Assembly (NCBI RefSeq): GCF_006345805.1
Contig: NC_043012.1
Span: 44,144,001 to 44,208,000, forward strand
DNA length: 64,000 nt
Direction of reading: 5' to 3'
Source of the DNA: Octopus sinensis
Lineage: Eukaryota
Under the pieces are notes generated by a model. It was given only the letters and a program-made list of their open reading frames with translations. It did no database searches and had not been told where the DNA came from. Both the position numbers and the translations under genes were made by a program. Positions within the stretch are counted from its first letter, which is position 1. Every line of letters starts with the position of its first letter. Below are positions 1 through 13,525 of the stretch, piece after piece.

Positions 1-324
1 ATGTATATATATATATGTATGTATATATATATATGTATGTATATATGTATGCATATATATGTATATATATGTATGGATATATATATTAATGTATATATAT
101 GTATGTATATATATATACATACATATATATATATATATACATACATACATATGTATATATGTATGCATATATATATGTATGTATATATATGTATGTTATA
201 TATATATGTATTATATATATGTATATATATTATGTATATATATGTATGTATATATGTATATATATATATGTATGTGTATATATATATATATGTATGTATG
301 TATATATATGTGTGTATATGTCTG

Positions 325-364
<40 letters not shown>

Positions 365-366
365 TG

Positions 367-411
<45 letters not shown>

Positions 412-540
412 GTATATGTATATATGTATGCATATATATATGTGTATATATATATATGTATGTGTATATATGTATATATATATATGTATATATATGTATG
501 TATATATATATATGTATATGCATATATATAGATAGATATA
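1..540. repeat. Compound (TA)n/(TATG)n microsatellite
   Basis: Continuous TA/TATG/TGTA repeats; the overlapping long I/Y/M/C/V ORFs are translation artefacts. Confidence 0.98.
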
Positions 541-800
541 CATACATACATAGAAGACCAAAACTGTATGTACGCCGCTATATGTATATATTAAAAAAAT
601 GCAACAAGAACGTAACAGGTGACAGCAAAACATCCGGACAATTAGACGATACAACAAAGGACGCAAAAAAAAAACAAAGATGGGTCATTCGGAGCTTTCT
701 ATCGTCAGTCGAGTTGCAGATCGTCGTTGCGTTTTCGGCCGGTTACACACGAGACCGCTCCAATCTGATACATACATACATACATACATACATACATACA

Positions 801-831
<31 letters not shown>

Positions 832-1393
832 CAGAAATGAGTGCACACAATAAAAATACATAGTTAACTTTACAAACGAAAAACGTAATTGAAAATGAAG
901 CTCGTATCATCTATTTCACAAAGGATTATAGTAATTTCGACACCCCAGGTGTAACTACCCGAGTTATGCCAATAACCATTGAATACCGTTATTAGGCAGT
1001 GGTATACATTAATCCCTCGCCATATCGCAGTTCACCTATGACGGTTTATTACTTAAGCTTACAGTGATTCCTCCGTGGTGTTGTTTTGCATTTATAATAA
1101 AATAAGTATATACAAATTATAAAAATAAAAAAATATATATATAAGATAACTACTGTGCCATCACTTTGTTCCATGCTGGTAATCGATCTCATAATAAGCT
1201 TTGTCAACATAAAACTGAAAGTGAAGGCACCGTAGTTAATTTTAACTACCAATGTAGAAATACATATATTCATTCATACATACTTACATGCATACATATA
1301 TATGCATACGTAACTACACGCATGCACACACATATACACATATATAATATATACACGCACACATATATGTTATATGTGTTTGTGTGTGTGCGT

Positions 1394-1438
<45 letters not shown>

Positions 1439-4400
1439 CACACACACATGCACACACACGCACACATAATTTATTCATGGCAGAAGAAAGTTACATTATT
1501 ATATTTCCGGATCTCATACTTCTATTCGCGCGCGCGCATGTTTTCTTTATGCTTGCAATTCTTGATTAAAACACACACACACACACACACACATAAATAC
1601 ATATGTTTAAACATATTTACACATAGAATGAAAGAAACAAATGAAATTGGCAGAGAGAGAGAGATTGGTAGTAAGAGGGAATTATATTGGTTATATTTTT
1701 TCATTATTTTGCTCTTTCTAAAGCAAAGGGCAGCGTTGCCAATAGCGTTGGCAAAAGGAACAACATTCATAGACAGAATATTTGATTAAACTACGCATCT
1801 CATTTCTTTATTTCCATATTGTTCTTTTAACCTACAATGCTAGCAAATGACACACAGTCAAAGATTTCTCTTGAAGAAGGTTTGTAGCTAGTTTTGATCA
1901 GCAGGAAAAGAATCGTGGGTCATATTATTATTTACCATTATTTCTTGGTTATATGTATATTGTTGAACACTTTAAAGGTGAGTGCTTGACCAGGTTTATT
2001 ATCTCGCTTGCAGGCCATTACCTCATACAGGTGTGTCATGAGAATATTATACTAACCGTAGCTCAGAGGTTCTTCTGTCTGTATGCTTTGACTTTATACT
2101 AATCCTGAGAAGAAAGGGACAGAAACCACTGAAGTATATCGGTCTCAGAACAAAATACCATCATGAAGTGTCGAAAGCAGACGTTGTTTCCCCAGTTCCC
2201 GGAGCTCGAACTATTATTTTGATTTCTATAACTACACATATTTTTTTCAAAAAGAAGCAAAAAAGAGAAAAAACTTGTACTTAATGAAACGTAATTGTTA
2301 TTCGCATTTTTAGTGTAGATGATATAGAAGCGTCAAAGTATACCCGAGAATATTTATTTCTATTACGATGCATGTTTTAAGTATTGTAATAACATGATTT
2401 GATATTTGACGAACAATAAATGATGAATAAAAGTTATATTTGTCTTTATTAAAGTTCATGCATTTTTCAGTAATGTACTTGGTTGCAGATGCGGTTTTTC
2501 TATGGGATAACTAATTTTGCACTGAGCGTCTATCGTCACAGTATTTTAATCACGTTAGTTATTTATTGACTCCAGATTATAAAGATTATAAAGTAAATTG
2601 TTTTCAAGAACAATTTTCTGAACTATTACCTTTGAAATTTATAGTTTGCAATAGCTATATCTACACTGCATTTCGATCGGTTTGCTTTCAGGCATCGTAT
2701 TTCCTGGGTGCATAGGTGATCCCAGACTGGAATAAGGCATCCAAAAGCAATTGAAAAATGAACCAATCACTTGATGCAGGGAATAGGATGGGAAATTGTA
2801 ACCTTTACAGTAACAATTCCTTTCGTATATGAAAGCATTTAAGGAAATAGCAACTTGTGAAGTTTACACTTTTCCCACGAACACAAGAATGGAAAAAAAG
2901 GGAAGTGGTGGCAAATGCAGTTGCTTACCCCATACTGTGTTGGTGTATAGTATTTTTGTTACAATATTCACAATGATATTCTATTAAAGTGCTAATATTA
3001 TTTAAACAAAAGATAATAGACCCGCAGTTTGTAAGAACGATGATCTCATTTTATTTTAATTATCATCAACTGTAAACAAACTAATGAATAAATATTATAT
3101 TAGCACAGAAATTAAACATCAAGAAAAGTCACCAAGAATTTAACAAAGAAAATTAGGTTAATAACATTTTTTCTGTGTTAAACGTTTTCACGTCTAATTC
3201 AATCTAATCCGAATAATCACCGGATTAAGAAAAGACAGCTCTAAATAAATAGATCGAGAATACCTCACGCTGGATAAACAAACAACATTTTTGAGTTTGA
3301 CATAAATAAGATTTCTGGTGCGTCGCAAGGACATCTAGGTATGCTGCAATTAAAAAATATATATATATAATTTAAGCTTTACACCAGACATAGGTATCAT
3401 TCGAGAAAGCTGGCTCATCACCAGGTTGACCACATTACTAAAAAAAAATTCAAGGTAACTTTTTGACATGGGTGCCTTTCAGAAGTTCCACATGTCGCAC
3501 TTGGCGCATGATTGATTTAGACAAGTCATATTAACACTTGAGCACCTTGAGAAATGCGATATTGATAATTTCGTTATACACAAGCTTTAGTTTTCTATTT
3601 TTTTCCCTGAAAGGGAATTTTTTCCCTAAAGGCATGCGTTAGTTTTCTAATTTCTTTCCTAAATTTTTAATTTTAACAAAATTTTGTTTTAGCTTTGAAA
3701 ATGAAGTGAGCCAGTAATTTTTTAATTTTTCAGATTTGAATTCTGCTATTTAGAATAGATACGCAGTATAAGGAATATATTGAACCTAGACCAGCTCCAT
3801 AATGTAGATCTAAGGATATTTTAAAAATAGTATGAGAGAATTTGTTGTTTTACAGAGAATTAACTGTTTTCCTTAAAGATAAGGAAAAATGAAATCAAAT
3901 GTGTTATGTGATCGTAGCATGTCTCGATGATGAGAGTTCTGTTGTTCAATCAACTGGATTATCTGCTCCTGAAATGATGTGTAAGTGGTCGATCATTCCA
4001 CTGACTTGTGCAATATGTGACAATGCTGTACCTTTTGAAATACAAGTACGATCCACCCGAAGAGCCGTCCAACAGTTTCAATTCATCCATTTCTCTCATA
4101 AAGTATAGGTCTACTGAGGGTACAGAAAATGGCATCTGCTAAAAATGTCACGCAATGGTTTTGAACCAGGGACCTCAAGATTGCAAAGCGGATTTCCTAA
4201 CTATTCGTATAAACCGCGCCTACTACAAATTGGTGGTGGTGGTGGTGGCAGTGAAACTCTGTCAATCGATGATGAGTATTTGGTTAGTCGACCAGCTAAA
4301 TTATCTCTCCTGAATTAATGTGTTAGTGGATGAGTATTCCGCAGACACCGTATATCCTTAATGTAATTTTCAGGTAGAATTAACATGACATAGTATAAAT

Positions 4401-6363
4401 CAAGATGAATTATAGGTGCAATTCAACTGGCGGGTTTCTATAGAATTTCCGTCAACTCAGTTTCATTTACGAAGTTATAGAAAATGACCTTTTCCCAAGA
4501 GGCAATAAAATGGATCCGAACCCAGGACCTCTTGATTGCGAAGTGAAACGTCTTAAAGTTTTGGATGTATTGCGCCTACTAGAGTGTGAAAAACAAATAA
4601 AGAAAGAAAAGTTAGTGAAACAAACAATGAAAAAGTGTAAATCGATAAGGAGGGCCAAGAAAAGTTCGAGATAATAAAATAATATTAATCTTTTGAAAAA
4701 TAATCAGAAGCTCTAATGCTTAACATGCGAGAAGTAAACTTTATACAATAAAAACATAATAGTGGGAAAAAATTGAACGGTGCAGAGATGAAAATTTGAT
4801 GGAATCTAAACAAGAAACCGTAAAAGAACCAAAGTATATAGACAAACTCTACAGTGGAGATTTTAACACTTTTGATAAAAATAATAAGCTACAAACAATT
4901 AATCTGTAAATCAGATTCCGGGAAAATTATTGTCACTCACATGCACGAAGAAAGTAAAATGATAGAAGTGACATAAAACATGTGTAAATTATGGAAAGAC
5001 AGCAATAGCTGCTACGAAAGACTATGTTAAAATATATAAGAATGTATTGATCATCTCAGCAATAGTTTGGGGTAGCAAAAAGAAAACATCTACTTTGGCA
5101 TAAGAAGTCATGGTAGAGAGAATAAAGAAATCAAATGTGCTGAGGTTTTTAACACATCAAGCGTAAATCCACAATTGTTACAAGCAAGGGGAAAAAAGGT
5201 CAGTGACGTATAACAATACTAACAGCTAACCTTTGAAATGAATGAAAGGGAAGGTAAAGACTATATCAATTTCCATTGGTTATTAAGGCGGAGAAAAGTT
5301 TAAAAGTCATTGCTGAAGTATAAATACAAAACGGAAACATAAAGGCTGAAGTTGTTACCTTAGTAATGATCACAGGCATTCGCCACTGCATGCTTCCATT
5401 CAACTTTTAATAAATTCGAATCCCAGGCTTGTTTCCCTAGCCTTTCTTGGAAAGAATTAGCATTGATAATGATTTTGCTTTACATCAGAGGTATAAATTT
5501 AATTCATTAAATTTTGGTTAGGATGGGGAGCTCACGACATTAAATATGAATGAATGCCATTTTACGAAATCACATAAATTGCGCGTAATAACTAAAAGTA
5601 ATACTGAATAAAAATGACGATAAAAAAGTGAAGGAGGTAAAAAAGACAAGGCAAGGTGATTTTTGTTCAAAATAATCATGTTTTGTTTATTCTTCTTACT
5701 CCCACCCCACACCTTATTTACCTTTATAATCTTCTTTATTGAATAATATAATTAGTTGTTACCTGCAATCAGGTAATTTTTATAGATGCCAGTATGAAAT
5801 GTTGCTATAAGTACACCTGCCGTTTCTTGTAGAATATAGAAACGACCGCATGGAATTTTAATAATAAAAATAATTCTTATCGTATACTCAGTAGGCGAAT
5901 TATTGATTCATCATATTACACACCACACATTAAATTCTATTAAAATCATGTTTACCAAATAGTATACATCCAGATAAAATAGAACGGGAAGGTAGAGTTT
6001 TCCCTGTCCCTATACGAAAAAGAATGTATGTGCTATGTAATTTTCCCCTTGAAATCATTGGCTGTTGTGCCTATATAGTGTTTCGTGGTGCCATTTGATG
6101 GTATGACTGTGGTTTTATATACATGAAGGATCTCCTAGTGGTTATCTCTTTACATGATAATTGTTGCTGATGAAATATCAAACACCACAGAAAACCTACT
6201 ACTTGATGCTGAGATTCTGTCTATTTTACCACGTGGAGCATATAATGAAAGGATTGGAGCTGGTTAGCTTGCATACTTATGTGACCTGATTTGACCTTTG
6301 AAAGTCCAAATATTCTCACTTAGAAGACATCTTTTAATTTCTTTTACATTCTTCCTTATCTGC

Positions 6364-6423
6364 CTCCATACAGCTGACGATGTGGACGTGTTCTGTGTCC
6401 ACGAAACTTTAAGTAATGTGGAG
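6364..6423 (+). ncRNA. Minimal type I hammerhead ribozyme candidate (Penelope-like style)
   Basis: CTGACGA (6374-6380), extra T, stem II GTGGAC/GTCCAC, GAAA (6403-6406), stem III AC-TTTAA-GT, GUA cleavage triplet (6413-6415), stem I CTCCA(TA)CA/TGTGGAG. Confidence 0.7.
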
Positions 6424-6985
6424 CCTCTGACTACAGACGTACAAGTCCGACTAAATGTGTCGAGTGCTACTTTCTTTATTTGTCCATCTAAACGTATAGT
6501 CAATAATTGGCGATGTACGAACATTTGAGGAGGGAGAAACAACTTGTTTTACGATGATTTCGACTGGCTAGAAAATAAAGAAAAAAAGAAGGTGACCCAC
6601 TGCTCAGCGTATCCATGGAAACCTATGATGGGGCTGACGTCGCTGAATTTATGGAGTTATTTACGTTGGATGTCCTACAAAATGTAGACGCCACAGCAGT
6701 TCGACTCTGTACAGGAATAAGAACGTATTGAATGCCACTTTTTTCGCTTGTCCAGTCACTCGCGCATGCGCGCGCGTGTGTGTATGCGCGCGTGTGTATA
6801 TATATATATACAACTACAGCCGGCTATTACCGGTAAAGGTATTAGTTACCAATTCTGTACAAGACATTGTAGATCTTTAGCTGGGCTAAAAAGTCACATT
6901 CGATCACAGCACCAGTAACAGTTAAGCTTCGTGCAAGGGCCATACTCGATAACGAGGGGGCAACCATAATAATAATAATAATAAT

Positions 6986-7037
<52 letters not shown>

Positions 7038-7042
7038 CATTC

Positions 7043-7428
7043 TACTCTCTTTTAATTTTTTCAGTCATTTGACTGCGGCCATGCTGGATCACCGCCTTTA
7101 GTCGAGCAAATCGACCCCAGGACTTATTCTTTGTAAGCCTAGTACTTATTCTATCGGTCTCTTTTGCTGAACCACTAAGTTACGGGGACGTAAACACACC
7201 AGCATCGATGTTGTGGGGACAAACACTGACAAACAAACATACATACACATATATATACATATATACGACGGGCTTCTTTCAGTTTCCGTCTGCCAAATCC
7301 ACCCACAATTCTTTGGTCAGCCCGAGGTTATAGTAGAAGACACTTGCCCAAGGTGCCACGCAGTGGGACTGAACCCAGAATCATGCGGTTGGTAAGCAAG
7401 CTACTTACCACACAGCCACTCCTGCGCC
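7043..7428 (-). mobile_element. SINE family S1 (tRNA-like head, internal microsatellite, A-rich tail)
   Basis: Matches the other S1 copies in this window (GGCGCAGGAGTGGCTGTGTGGTAAG head ... GACTGAAACAAGTAAAAGAG tail). Confidence 0.9.
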
Positions 7429-7474
7429 TATGTATATATGCTTACATGTAATGTGTATGCGCGTAAGCGTGTGC

Positions 7475-7540
<66 letters not shown>

Positions 7541-8455
7541 TTTAACTTGAAATGTAAGGTACAAATTTTCCAAAAACATACAATTTTAGATTCACATTGA
7601 AAAGAGAGTGGCTACACTATAGGCTTTGTCTGACCGTGGGCAGAAAAGATGGAACCGATTTGTCTAGTTTCCCATCTTACATCTTCACCAGAAGATTAAT
7701 AACTCGTAACTGTTTTTGATGTATGTAAATGAAAACTCCTCAAAACTGGTCCGCTTAATTTGCATAACATAACGAGCTGACAATGAAGTTGAAATAATTC
7801 ATAGTGTACCATACAGCATTTTAGGATCTGATCAAATGTAAGGCAAATTGTTAATTTACTTACAATATGGTATGCTATTGATTCTTATTTCCACATCTCT
7901 AGTCGGCTTTGCTATTGGCCAGGTGCCACTTGTCTAAATTGATAAAAAATACTGATAAAACGGGATGATATTGATACCAGCTGCCCTAAAAATTTCCGTG
8001 TCAAAATAGACAGAAATAAAATTTCATATCGATCCCGCTTTTTCTGCCCATCGAGAGATAAATAAATCTGCACTTTGTTTACTATTCATATATATATTTC
8101 AAACTATCTAAAAATGGGGGCAACTAAATAAGCCACATTACTACCGCATTCACTTTTATGCAGACCAGTTTTGCAGAGTCATCGTTTGTATGCATTAAAA
8201 TATCTAAAAGTTATTAATCTTTCCATGGATATAAAATGAATATTTTTGTCCTTGATGAAAGTCTAAGAAAACTAAAAATTAATCAATTCACTCCCATCCT
8301 TTCGCCTACTGAGGGGAAAAACATTCGGTGTAACCACATTTTACCTTCTCAGTAAAGATAAAATTGTATATTTTATTTAAAAACAAATAGGTTTATTCCA
8401 TAAATCGCTCTGTACAAAAGCAATCGTTCCGGGCAATATGTGAGAACGACTGATT

Positions 8456-8644
8456 GGTGCGACTGTGTGGTAAGAAGATTGCTTCCAACTACATGGTTCC
8501 GCGTTCAGCCCTACTCCGCGACACCTTGAGCAACTGTCTTTTGCTATGGTCTTGGACCGACCAAAGCCTTGCGTGTGGAAACTAAAAGAAGCCCTTCTGC
8601 GCGTGTGTGTATGTGTGTGTGTGTGTGTATGTGTGTGTGTGTGT

Positions 8645-8687
<43 letters not shown>

Positions 8688-8870
8688 CCACCACCGTTTG
8701 ACAACCGGTACTGATGTGTTTACGTCCACGTAACTTAGCAGTTCTGCATAAGAGACCGATAGAATAACTACTAGTTTAAAAGAAAATCCTAGTGTGGATT
8801 TGTTCGACTAAACCCTTCAAGGTTCTACTCCAGCATGGACGTAGCCTAATGACTGCAACAAGTAAAAGAA
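8456..8870 (+). mobile_element. SINE family S1, diverged copy
   Basis: Head, (GT)n core and tail homologous to other S1 copies. Confidence 0.85.
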
Positions 8871-8874
8871 GTTG

Positions 8875-9683
8875 GGATCTTTTCCGTTTGAACGGCACAT
8901 GTCAACACAATTTCTAGTTAACTAAACACTTCTAAACTTCGTATACTGGTAGAATGTGTTTATAAAACATCATTTTTTTGGGCTTTATTGAGAAAATTCT
9001 ATATGTTGTAACATATTTCCACTTTAATTTCAAGCATTTCGGCAATTTTAACCAATCGCTGACCTCCATTTGGGGTGAAAACATTCCGTGCTGTATGAAT
9101 ATGTCCCTCGTTTAAGAAACAGATTGGGTTTATTTACATTTGCGAAGAAAAAAAGATGCCCTTCCCCCACCCCTAACCCTAACCCTAACTCTAACCCTAA
9201 ATCTAAAATAGATTGAAATGCAATAGATCGATACTAGGGTTATAATTATGGGTGACATTTTCATTTGACACCGCTAGAAAAAAATCCCATTTTCCGTAGC
9301 GGTGTCGTATGAAATTGTCACCTATAATTATAACCCTAGTATCGATCCATTGCATTTCAAGGGTTAGAGTTAGGGTTAGGGCTAGGGGTGGGGGAAGGGC
9401 ATCTTTTTTTCTTCGCAAATGTAAATAAACCCAATCTGTTTCTTAAACGAGGGACATATTCATACAGCACGGAATGTTTTCACCCCAAATGGAGGTCAGC
9501 GATTGGTTAAAATTGCCGAAATGCTTGAAATTAAAGTGGAAATATGTTACAACATATAGAATTTTCTCAATAAAGCCAAGAAAAAATGATGTTTTATAAA
9601 CACATTCTACCAGTATACGAAGTTTAGAAGTGTTTAGTTAACTAGAAATTGTGTTGACATGTGCCGTTCAAAAGGAAAGATCC
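8875..9683. mobile_element. Non-autonomous foldback DNA transposon, Merlin-like
   Basis: Near-perfect palindrome with arms of about 400 bp, GGATC...GATCC termini, flanking 8-mers AGAAGTTG (8867-8874) and AGATGTTG (9684-9691) matching 7/8, no ORF. Confidence 0.8.
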
Positions 9684-9769
9684 AGATGTTGTATGTTTGT
9701 ATGAAGAGTGGGAGAGAAAGAGAGTGATAGATAGATTGATAGATAGATATATAGATAGATAGATAGCTG

Positions 9770-9844
<75 letters not shown>

Positions 9845-9850
9845 TAATGC

Positions 9851-10067
9851 CTTTAACTTGTTTCAGTCATTAGACTGTGGCCATGCTGGGGTAATGCCTT
9901 CAAGGATATTAGGCAGATGTATCGATCCTAGTAATTGTGTTTTTTAAAGCCTGGTACTTATTCTATCGATCCCCTTTTGCTGAATTGCTAAGTCACGGAA
10001 ACCTATAAACACCAGCAGCGGTTGTCAAGCAATGCTGTTGGTGGACAAACACAGACACAAACATAAA

Positions 10068-10150
<83 letters not shown>

Positions 10151-10331
10151 CACAGGCATTTATATACAACGGACTTCTTCCAGTTTCCATCTACCAAATC
10201 TACTCACAAAGCTAACCCGAGGATATTGTATCAGACACTTGCCCAATGTATCACGCGGTGGGACTGAACCCCAAACCATGTGGTTCGGGGTCCAGTCCCA
10301 CTGTGTTCTTACCACACACAACGCCTGCACC
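9851..10331 (-). mobile_element. SINE family S1
   Basis: Homologous to other S1 copies, (CA)n core. Confidence 0.88.
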
Positions 10332-10334
10332 TAA

Positions 10335-10399
<65 letters not shown>

Positions 10400-10930
10400 T
10401 TTTGTGTACGTAGTGCATGTGTGTAACTGTACATGCACATATCAATAGAAAAACATACACACAGACACACAAATTTTTCATTCATACATTTGTAAATTTA
10501 CAACCTTTACATATGTAGTAGTAGTAGTAGTAGTATTTTAACATGATTCATTTTTATAGCAGCTGGTATTAATATCCCGTTTTTGTCCAGTTTCTTCTAT
10601 GATGTATCTGTACAAGTGGCACCTGGCCAATAGTAAGGCCACCTAGTGTTATTGACATGGGAGCTTAAGAATCAATAACGCACCATATTTGGCTGAGCTG
10701 TGTGTAACAGCACTTAAATCTCTATTGTGCCTCAGCTAAAGAGTTTAGACATTGACTTTTCTTTCATTATTTTCGCTTTGTGATAGGCAAAGTGGAGACA
10801 GTAGAAAACCGGAATACTGTGCAGCGAAGAAGCTTCCATGTGGTGACTTGATCTGTTAGAAAAAGTCATCCAACGTCCCTCAAATAACATCCTACGATCT
10901 TTATAAAGAGAGTAATATATGCACACATTA

Positions 10931-11450
10931 GGTGGTAGAATGGCCGCGTGATTAAGGAGCTCGCTTTGCAACCAACTGGTTTCGGATTCAGCGCCACTGC
11001 ACAGCACTTTGTGCAAGAGCCTTCTACCATAGCCCGGGACCTGCCGATACGTTCTGAACAAATTTGGTAGGCAGGAACTGCATGGAAGCCTGTCGTATAT
11101 GTCTGAGTATGAAGTGTATGCGTGTGTATACATGAGTGTATGCATGTATATACACGATTGTGTGCGTGTGTATACATGAGTGTATGCGTGTGTATACATG
11201 AATGTATGCGTGTGTATACATGAGTGTATGCGTGTGTATACATGAGCGTGCATGTGCTTGTGTTTGTCCACCTCAACACTGGACAACTGGTGTTTGTTTG
11301 TTTACGTCCTCGTATCATAGCAGTTCGACAAAAAGAGAACGCTAGAATCTGCACATACTTAAAACATAAATACTGGGATCGATTTATTCGATTAAACCCT
11401 TGAAGGCGATATCCCGGCTAGATATCCCAGTGAGTAAAACAAGCAAAAAC
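10931..11450 (+). mobile_element. SINE family S1, diverged, with internal 22-bp minisatellite
   Basis: Head and tail homology to S1; core is (TGTATGCGTGTGTATACATGAG)n. Confidence 0.8.
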
Positions 11451-11961
11451 TTAACTAATTTAGTCACACATTTCCTAAAAAGAGGGACAGTCGCTGCTAG
11501 AACGTTTTTGATCATAGCTCTGGCTCGATCATAATTGATTTGTGACTAAACAACAATTAAAATCAGTATTATACTGATATATACCATCAGTAATATACTT
11601 AGGTTCAATCACTCGACTGTATCATAGCCAATGGGAATTGCCAATGTGCCACGTGAAAAAAAATTAATAATTCCCGGTGAGGTTCTAGAGACGACTGACG
11701 CCACAGAATGTCAGGAAATATTTCACAGAATTTTAATTTCATTCCTGGAAGTTGTGAGTTCAAATTACGCTGAGTTTGACTTTGTTATTCCCTGGTGCTG
11801 AAGTGTCTCTTTATATGCCTCTTCAGAACATATGCCAAGTCATCTGTAGCTCATCCCGTGGAGCATGGAACAGATTCGGGAGATAGCTAAAAGGTATCCT
11901 GTATTGAAACCTATAAAGTTAATTTCGAAACTTATTAGGAGAGTAATATGCTACAACAGGG

Positions 11962-12166
11962 GGTGGCGAGCTGGCAGAATCGATAGCAAAATGTTTAGTG
12001 GTATTTCGTCTGTCTTTATGTTCTGAGATCAAATATCGCCGGGATTGACTTTACTTTTCATCCTTTCCGGGTCGATAAAATAAATACCAGTTGAACACTG
12101 GGATCGATTTTATCGATCTATCCACCCCCTCCCAAATTGTTGGCTTTGCGCCAAAATTTGAAACCA
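11962..12166 (+). mobile_element. SINE family S2 (tRNA-derived)
   Basis: GGCGAGCTGGCAGAA head and GACTTT..TTTCATCCTTTCGGGGTCGATAAAATAAGTACCAG central block shared with about 12 copies here. Confidence 0.85.
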
Positions 12167-13267
12167 AAATACTTCTGTAGATAATCATTTTATATGAGAA
12201 CATCCCACCAATATCATCTTTACTTTTGGTCATTTCGGGATCGATAAAATAAGATACCAGTCAAATACTGGTTCGATGTAATTGAGTAATGCCTCACCCT
12301 ACAAATTTTCTGGTCTTGTTCCGAAATTGGATCTTTTCGGTTTGACACTTCTGATAGAATTTCTCTCCTAAATGGTTACGACTTTTGTAATGAGCATGAA
12401 ATAGCGGATCTGGTGTGTCAAAGCGAAGAGATTTCCTAAATTATAAGCAAATTGTACTCGAGAACTAGCTGTTCTCGCCTTTTACCAAAAACATAAAAAA
12501 GAGCCCCCGTGTTCAGTTAAAGAAATCAATAACCTACGGCAATTCTGACCTATACTTTGAGACATAGTATATGGTAAATAGATTGGAGGAGGAGGAGGAG
12601 GAGGAGTACTAAAGGTGTGAGACAAGGATAGTGGAATGGAAAGAAGTGGGTAGCGGTATAGAGTTGGGAGAAAGAAGCAAGAAGGTTAGGCCGAAGAATA
12701 GACGTGATATGGAGACGGGAGAAGAGAGAAGAGGCAGAGTGAAGGGGAGGAGGAAGAAAGAAGAAGACAAAAATGGGGGGGGATAAAAGAAAAGATGGAG
12801 TGAGAAAGAGAAAAATGGCGAGATGAAGGGAGATGGAGAGGAAATTTGAAAGACAGTGAGAGGGAGGATGTGCGCGCGCGCGCGTGTGTTTGTGTGTGTA
12901 TGCGTGCGTGTGTGTATGTGTGTGTGTGTGTGTGTGCGTGTGTGCGTGTGTGTGTGTAGTCTCCACTTTGTTCTCTGAATGAAAATACAATAGGGTTTTG
13001 TTCATGATCGAGACACCGACCGACATTGCTGCTTTCTATTGATCTTGTTGTTGCTGTAGTTTAGCATGCTGCTATTTTGATTATTTCTGCTGCTGCTGCT
13101 GCTGCTATTTTTTGTCGGTGGTTATTTTGCCTGCCAGATAGGAATATCGTTGTTGTTTAGCCTCAGGTTATCACTAAACTGAACAGGCCTAGGATCAAAG
13201 CATTCCATCCAAGAGCATCTTGTTATTATTATTTTTTTTTTTCAGGCATGCTATATTTAATATTATA

Positions 13268-13470
13268 GAGCTGGCAGAATCGTTAACGCTCCAGGCAAAA
13301 TGCTTAGTGGTATTTCATCTGTCCTTACGTTCTGGGTTCAAATTCTACCCAGATCGACTTTGCCCTTCATCCTTTCGGGGTAGAGAAAATAAGTACCTGT
13401 TGAGCACTGGGGGCGATGTAAGCGACTTAACCACTCCTCCGAAATTGCTGGCATTGTGCAAGAATTTGTA
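13268..13470 (+). mobile_element. SINE family S2
   Basis: Same head and central block as other S2 copies. Confidence 0.85.
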
Positions 13471-13525
13471 ATCATTATTTAATATAAGTCTTAATTGTTA
13501 TATTTTTTAAAGATGTTATTCTGTA

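Noticed and set aside
676-715. Minus-strand CTGACGA...GAAT box in a repeat-like segment
   Set aside because: Stem II is mismatched, GAAA is absent and no stem I pairing was found; at best a decayed relic.
1005-1050. Resemblance to a pogo/Tigger-type terminal repeat (AATCCCTCGCCATATCGCAGTTCACC)
   Set aside because: No partner TIR or internal homology found.
9171-9200. Chromosome end or telomere fusion
   Set aside because: Only about five hexamers, located inside the TIRs of a TSD-flanked element.
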